Part shown: positions 34,301 through 42,030 of the stretch, one piece after another | Position numbering within the stretch: position 1 is the first letter of the stretch | How the letters are laid out: each line of letters begins with the position of its first letter | Assembly (NCBI GenBank): GCA_032718475.1 | Contig: JAUCBJ010002898.1 | Location: forward strand, 1 to 42,030 | DNA from: Nemertoderma westbladi | Lineage: Eukaryota; Animalia; Xenacoelomorpha | DNA: 42,030 bases | Direction of reading: 5' to 3' | Made by a program: the position numbers and the translations under genes | Notes under the pieces: model-generated | What the model was told of the DNA's origin: nothing | Seen by the model: only the letters and a program-made list of their open reading frames with translations | Databases searched by the model: none

Positions 34301-37300
34301 CAGTTACATTGGTGATCCCCACTCTTCCATTGGTGTGCCCCTGGTACTCTTACATTGGTGTGCCCCTGTTACCCTTACATTGGTGTGCCCCTGCCACTCT
34401 TCCATTGGTGTGCCCCTGGTACTCTCCCATTGGTGTGCCCCTGGCACAGTTACATTGCTGATCCCCACTCTTCCATTGGTGTGCCCCTGGTACTCTTACA
34501 TTGGTGTGCTCCTTGGCACTCTTACATTGGTGTGCCCCTGGCACAGTTACATTGGTGATCCCCACTCTTCCATTGGTGTGCCACTGCCACTCTTACATTG
34601 GTGTGCCCCTGGCACTCTTACATTGGTGTGCCCCTGGCACAGTTACATTGGTGATCCCCACTCTTCCATTGGTGTGCCCCTGCCACTCTTACATTGGTGT
34701 GCCCCTGGTACTCTTATATTGGTGTGCCCCTGGCACTCTTACATTGGTGTGCCCCTGGCACTCTCCCATTGGTGTGCCCCTGGCACAGTTACATTGGTGA
34801 TCCCCACTCTTCCATTGGTGTGCCCCTGGTACTCTTACATTGGTGTGCCCCTGTTACTCTTACATTGGTGTGCCCCTGCCACTCTTACATTGGTGTGCCC
34901 CTGCCACTCTTACATTGGTGTGCCCCTGGTACTCTCCCATTGCTGTGCCCCTGGTACTCTTACATTGGTGTGCCCCTGGCACTCTTACATTGGTGTGCCC
35001 CTGGCACAGTTACATTGGTGATCCCCACTCTTCCATTGGTGTGCCCCTGGTAATCTTACATTGGTGTGCCCCTGTTACTCTTACATTGGTGTGCCCTTGC
35101 CACTCTTCCATTGGTGTGCCCCTGCCACTCTTCCATTGGTGTGCCCCTGCCACTCTTCCATTGGTGTGCCCCTGGTACTCTCCCATTGGTGTGCCCCTGG
35201 CACTCTTACATTGGTGTGCCCCTGGCACAGTTACATTGGTGATCCCCAATCTTCCATTGGTGTGCCCCTGCCACTCTTACATTGGTGTGCCCCTGGAACT
35301 CTTCCATTGGTGTGCCCCTGGCACAGTTACATTGCTGATCCCCACTCTTCCATTGGTGTGCCCCTGGTACTCTTACATTGGTGTGCTCCCTGGCACTCTT
35401 ACATTGGTGTGCCCCTGGCACAGTTACATTGGTGATCCCCAATCTTCCATTCGTGTGCCCCTGCCACTCTTACATTGGTGTGCCCCTGGCACTCTTACAT
35501 TGGTGTGCCCCTGGTACAGTTACATTGGTGATCCCCACTCTTCCATTGGTGTGCCCCTGGTAATCTTACATTGGTGTGCCCCTGTTACTCTTACATTGGT
35601 GTGCCCCTGCCACTCTTCCATTGGTGTGCCCCTGCCACTCTTCCATTGGTGTGCCCCTGCCACTCTTCCATTGGTGTGCCCCTGGTACTCTCCCATTGGT
35701 GTGCCCCTGGCACAGTTACATTGCTGATCCCCACTCTTCCATTGGTGTGCCCCTGGTACTCTTACATTGGTGTGCTCCCTGGCACTCTTACATTGGTGTG
35801 CCCCTGGCACAGTTACATTGGTGATCCCCACTCTTCCATTGGTATGCCACTGCCACTCTTACATTGGTGTGCCCCTGGCACTCTTACATTGGTGTGCCCC
35901 TGGCACAGTTACATTGGTGATCCCCACTCTTCCATTGGTGTGCCCCTGCCACTCTTACATTGGTGTGCCCCTGGTAGTCTTACATTGGTGTGCCCCTGGC
36001 ACTCTTACATTGGTGTGCCCCTGGCACTCTCCCATTGGTGTGCCCCTGTTACCCTTACATTGGTGTGCCCCTGCCACTCTTCCATTTGGTGTGCCCCTGG
36101 TACTCTTACATTGATGTGCCCTCTGGCACTCTTACATTGGTGTGCCCCTGGCACAGTTACATTGCTGATCCACACTCTTCCATTGGTGGGCACCCTGGCA
36201 CTCTTACATTGGTGTGCCCCTGCCACTCTTACATTGGTGTGCCCCTGGTACTCTTACATTGGTGTGCCCCTGCCACTCTTACATTGGTGTGCCCCTGGCA
36301 CTCTTACATTGGTGTGCCCCTGGCACTCTTACATTGGTGTGCCCCTGGTACAGTTACATTGGTGTGCCCCTGGTACTCTTACATTGGTGTGCCCCTGCCA
36401 CTCTTACATTGGTGTGCCCCTGGCACTCTTACATTGGTGTGCCCCTGGTACAGTTACATTGGTGTGCCCCTGGTACAGTTACATTGGTGTGCCCCTGGTA
36501 CTCTTACATTGGTGTGCCCCTGCCACTTTTACATTGGTGTGCCCCTGGCACTCTTACATTGGTGTGCCCCTGGCACTCTTACATTGGTGTGCCCCTGGTA
36601 CAGTTACATTGGTGTGCCCCTGGTACTCTTACATTGGTGTGCCCCTGCCACTCTTACATTGGTGTGCCCCTGGCACTCTTACATTGGTGTGCCCCTGGTA
36701 CAGTTACATTGGTGTGCCCCTGGTACTCTTACATTGGTGTGCCCCTGGTACAGTTACATTGGTGTGCCCCCTGGCACTCTTACATTGGTGTGCCCCTGGT
36801 ACAGTTACATTGGTGTGCCCCTGGTACTCTTACATTGGTGTGCCCCTGGTACAGTTACATTGGTGTGCCCCTGGTACTCTTACATTGGTGTGCCCCTGGT
36901 ACAGTTACATTGGTGTGCCCCTGGTACTCTTACATTGGTGTGCCCCTGGTACTCTTCCATTGGTGTGCCCCTGGCACTCTCCCATTGGTGTGCCCCTGGT
37001 ACAGTTACATTGGTGTGCCCCTGGTACTCTTACATTGGTGTGCCCCTGGTACAGTTACATTGGTGTGCCCCTGGTACTCTTACATTGGTGTGCCCCTGGT
37101 ACTCTTACATTGGTGTGCCCCTGGCACTCTTACATTGGTGTGCCCCTGGCACAGTTACATTGGTGATCCCCACTCTTCCATTGGTGTGCCCCTGGTACTC
37201 TTACATTGGTGTGCCCCTGTTACTCTTACATTGGTGTGCCCCTGCCACTCTTCCATTGGTGTGCCCCTGGTACTCTCCCATTGGTGTGCCCCTGGCACAG

Positions 37301-40300
37301 TTACATTGCTGATCCCCACTCTTCCATTGGTGTGCCCCTGGTACTCTTACATTGGTGTGCCCCTGGTACAGTTACATTGGTGTGCCCCTGCCACTCTTAC
37401 ATTGGTGTGCTCCCTGGCACTCTTACATTGGTGTGCCCCTGGCACAGTTACATTGGTGATCCCCAATCTTCCATTGGTGTGCCCCTGCCACTCTTACATT
37501 GGTGTGCCCCTGGCACTCTTACATTGGTGTGCCCCTGGCACAGTTACATTGGTGATCCCCACTCTTCCATTGGTGTGCCCCTGGTACTCTTGCATTGGTG
37601 TGCCCCTGTTACTCTTACATTGGTGTGCCCCTGCCACTCTTCCATTGGTGTGCCCCTGGTACTCTCCCATTGGTGTGCCCCTGGCACAGTTACATTGCTG
37701 ATCCCCACTCTTCCATTGGTGTGCCCCTGGTACTCTTACATTGGTGTGCCCCTGGTACAGTTACATTGGTGTGCCCCTGCCACTCTTACATTGGTGTGCT
37801 CCCTGGCACTCTTACATTGGTGTGCCCCTGGCACAGTTACATTGGTGATCCCCACTCTTCCATTGGTGTGCCACTGCCACTCTTACATTGGTGTGCCCCT
37901 GGCACTCTTACATTGGTGTGCCCCTGGCACAGTTACATTGGTGATCCCCACTCTTCCATTGGTGTGCCCCTGCCACTCTTACATTGGTGTGCCCCTGGTA
38001 GTCTTACATTGGTGTGCCCCTGGCACTCTTACATTGGTGTGCCCCTGGCACTCTCCCATTGGTGTGCCCCTGTTACCCTTACATTGGTGTGCCCCTGCCA
38101 CTCTTCCATTGGTGTGCCCCTGGTACTCTTACATTGATGTGCCCTCTGGCACTCTTACATTGGTGTGCCCCTGGCACAGTTACATTGCTGATCCACACTC
38201 TTCCATTGGTGGGCCCCCTGGCACTCTTACATTGGTGTGCCCCTGCCACTCTTACATTGGTGTGCCCCTGGTACTCTTACATTGGTGTGCCCCTGCCACT
38301 CTTACATTGGTGTGCCCCTGGCACTCTTACATTGGTGTGCCCCTGGCACTCTTACATTGGTGTGCCCCTGGCACTCTTACATTGGTGTGCCCCTGGTACA
38401 GTTACATTGGTGTGCCCCTGGTACTCTTACATTGGTGTGCCCCTGCCACTCTTACATTGGTGTGCCCCTGGCACTCTTACATTGGTGTGCCCCTGGTACA
38501 GTTACATTGGTGTGCCCCTGGTACAGTTACATTGGTGTGCCCCTGGTACTCTTACATTGGTGTGCCCCTGCCACTTTTACATTGGTGTGCCCCTGGCACT
38601 CTTACATTGGTGTGCCCCTGGCACTCTTACATTGGTGTGCCCCTGGTACAGTTACATTGGTGTGCCCCTGGTACTCTTACATTGGTGTGCCCCTGCCACT
38701 CTTACATTGGTGTGCCCCTGGCACTCTTACATTGGTGTGCCCCTGGTACAGTTACATTGGTGTGCCCCTGGTACTCTTACATTGGTGTGCCCCTGGTACA
38801 GTTACATTGGTGTGCCCCCTGGCACTCTTACATTGGTGTGCCCCTGGTACAGTTACATTGGTGTGCCCCTGGTACTCTTACATTGGTGTGCCCCTGGTAC
38901 AGTTACATTGGTGTGCCCCTGGTACTCTTACATTGGTGTGCCCCTGGTACAGTTACATTGGTGTGCCCCTGGTACTCTTACATTGGTGTGCCCCTGGTAC
39001 TCTTCCATTGGTGTGCCCCTGGCACTCTCCCATTGGTGTGCCCCTGGTACAGTTACATTGGTGTGCCCCTGGTACTCTTACATTGGTGTGCCCCTGGTAC
39101 AGTTACATTGGTGTGCCCCTGGTACTCTTACATTGGTGTGCCCCTGGTACTCTTACATTGGTGTGCCCCTGGTACTCTCCCATTGGTGTGCCCCTGGCAC
39201 AGTTACATTGGTGATCCACACTCTTCCATTGGTGTGCCCCTAGCACTCTCCCATTGGTGTGCCCCTGGCACTCTTACATTGGTGTGCCCCTGGCACTCTT
39301 CCATTGGTGTGCCCCTGGCACTCTCCCATTGGTGTGCCCCTGGTACAGTTACATTGGTGTGCCCCTGGTACTCTTACATTGGTGTGCCCCTGGACAGTTA
39401 CATTGGTGTCCCCACTCTTCCATTGGTGTGCCCCTGGTACTCTTACATTGGTGTGCCCCTGGCACTCTTACATTGGTGTGCCCCTGGCACAGTTACATTG
39501 GTGATCCCCACTCTTCCATTGGTGTGCCACTGGTACTCTTACATTGGTGTGCCCCTGTTACTCTTACATTGGTGTGCCCCTGCCACTCTTCCATTGGTGT
39601 GCCCCTGGGACTCTCCCATTGGTGTGCCCCTGGCACAGTTACATTGCTGATCCCCACTCTTCCATTGGTGTGCCCCTGGTACTCTTACATTGGTGTGCTC
39701 CCTGGCACTCTTACATTGGTGTGCCCCTGGCACAGTTACATTGGTGATCCCCAATCTTCCATTGGTGTGCCCCTGCCACTCTTACATTGGTGTGCCCCTG
39801 GCACTCTTACATTGGTGTGCCCCTGGCACAGTTACATTGGTGATCCCCACTCTTCCATTGGTGTGCCCCTGGTACTCTTGCATTGGTGTGCCCCTGTTAC
39901 TCTTACATTGGTGTGCCCCTGCCACTCTTCCATTGGTGTGCCCCTGGTACTCTCCCATTGGTGTGCCCCTGGCACAGTTACATTGCTGATCCCCACTCTT
40001 CCATTGGTGTGCCCCTGGTACTCTTACATTGGTGTGCCCCTGGTACAGTTACATTGGTGTGCCCCTGCCACTCTTACATTGGTGTGCTCCCTGGCACTCT
40101 TACATTGGTGTGCCCCTGGCACAGTTACATTGGTGATCCCCACTCTTCCATTGGTGTGCCACTGCCACTCTTACATTGGTGTGCCCCTGGCACTCTTACA
40201 TTGGTGTGCCCCTGGCACAGTTACATTGGTGATCCCCACTCTTCCATTGGTGTGCCCCTGCCACTCTTACATTGGTGTGCCCCTGGTAGTCTTACATTGG

Positions 40301-42030
40301 TGTGCCCCTGGCACTCTTACATTGGTGTGCCCCTGGCACTCTCCCATTGGTGTGCCCCTGTTACCCTTACATTGGTGTGCCCCTGCCACTCTTCCATTGG
40401 TGTGCCCCTGGTACTCTTACATTGATGTGCCCTCTGGCACTCTTACATTGGTGTGCCCCTGGCACAGTTACATTGCTGATCCACACTCTTCCATTGGTGG
40501 GCCCCCTGGCACTCTTACATTGGTGTGCCCCTGCCACTCTTACATTGGTGTGCCCCTGGTACTCTTACATTGGTGTGCCCCTGCCACTCTTACATTGGTG
40601 TGCCCCTGGCACTCTTACATTGGTGTGCCCCTGGCACTCTTACATTGGTGTGCCCCTGGCACTCTTACATTGGTGTGCCCCTGGTACAGTTACATTGGTG
40701 TGCCCCTGGTACTCTTACATTGGTGTGCCCCTGCCACTCTTACATTGGTGTGCCCCTGGCACTCTTACATTGGTGTGCCCCTGGTACAGTTACATTGGTG
40801 TGCCCCTGGTACAGTTACATTGGTGTGCCCCTGGTACTCTTACATTGGTGTGCCCCTGCCACTTTTACATTGGTGTGCCCCTGGCACTCTTACATTGGTG
40901 TGCCCCTGGCACTCTTACATTGGTGTGCCCCTGGTACAGTTACATTGGTGTGCCCCTGGTACTCTTACATTGGTGTGCCCCTGCCACTCTTACATTGGTG
41001 TGCCCCTGGCACTCTTACATTGGTGTGCCCCTGGTACAGTTACATTGGTGTGCCCCTGGTACTCTTACATTGGTGTGCCCCTGGTACAGTTACATTGGTG
41101 TGCCCCCTGGCACTCTTACATTGGTGTGCCCCTGGTACAGTTACATTGGTGTGCCCCTGGTACTCTTACATTGGTGTGCCCCTGGTACAGTTACATTGGT
41201 GTGCCCCTGGTACTCTTACATTGGTGTGCCCCTGGTACAGTTACATTGGTGTGCCCCTGGTACTCTTACATTGGTGTGCCCCTGGTACTCTTACATTGGT
41301 GTGCCCCTGGTACTCTCCCATTGGTGTGCCCCTGGCACAGTTACATTGGTGATCCACACTCTTCCATTGGTGTGCCCCTAGCACTCTCCCATTGGTGTGC
41401 CCCTGGCACTCTTACATTGGTGTGCCCCTGGCACTCTTACATTGGTGTGCTCCCTGGCACTCTTACATTGGTGTGCCCCTGGCACAGTTACATTGGTGAT
41501 CCCAACTCTTCCATTGGTGTGCCCCTGCCACTTTTACATTGGTGTGCCCCTGGCACAGTTACATTGGTGATCCCCACTCTTCCATTGGTGTGCCCCTGGT
41601 ACTCTTACATTGGTGTGCCCCTGGCACTCTTACATTGGTGTGCCCCTGGCACAGTTACATTGGTGATCCCCACTCTTCCATTTGTGTGCCCCTGGTACTT
41701 TTACATTGGTGTGCCCCTGTTACTCTTACATTGGTGTGCCCCTGTTACTCTTACATTGGTGTGCCCCTGCCACTCTTCCATTGGTGTGCCCCTGGGACTC
41801 TCCCATTGGTGTGCCCCTGGCACAGTTACATTGGTGATTCACACTCTCCCATTGGTGTGCCCCTGGTACTCTTACATTGGTGTGCTCCCTGGCACTCTTA
41901 CATTGGTGTGCCCCTGGCACAGTTACATTGGTGATCCCCACTCTTCCATTGGTGTGCCCCTGCCACTCTTACATTGGTGTGCCCCTGGAACTCTTACATT
42001 GGTGTGCCCCTGGCACAGTTACATTGATGA
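31358..42030. repeat. 25-bp satellite array (ttacattggtgtgcccctggcactc), >10.6 kb, runs off the window, with higher-order repeats
   Basis: Continuous tandem units plus shorter ggtgatcccc variants; repeated blocks at offsets of 532, 389, ~2024 and 2288 bp, also visible as duplicated ORF-track entries. Confidence 0.98.

Noticed and set aside
31349-41941. Dozens of long ORFs (up to 814 aa, Cys/Trp/His-rich)
   Set aside because: The 25-bp monomer has no stop codon on +, so all three frames are open and give the same cyclic peptide; a satellite artefact.

Overview
AT-rich, intron-containing eukaryotic (most likely invertebrate animal) genomic DNA, about half of it tandem repeat. It holds (i) a complete 5-exon cGMP-dependent protein kinase (PKG) gene on + (about 1531-7666, ~687 aa), (ii) an intronless 871-aa anoctamin/TMEM16 ORF on + (26930-29545), and (iii) a convergent minus-strand gene of unknown function that I reconstructed by hand from splice sites (exons 31329-31222, 20298-19990, 18004-17868, probable last exon from 8757). 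Three of its introns carry tandem arrays (21-bp, 68-bp and 25-bp units) and another contains the anoctamin gene. The 68-bp array is 19 copies of the gene's own exon end plus 5' splice site. The most striking small feature is a 294-bp element with 34-bp terminal inverted repeats (30601-30894) containing a tRNA-like B-box fused to a canonical minimal type I hammerhead ribozyme with a palindromic helix III. Several non-autonomous transposon-like pieces, a 90-bp hairpin and tRNA-like fragments are also present. All long ORFs in the satellites are artefacts. Coordinates were counted by eye and no database searches were run.
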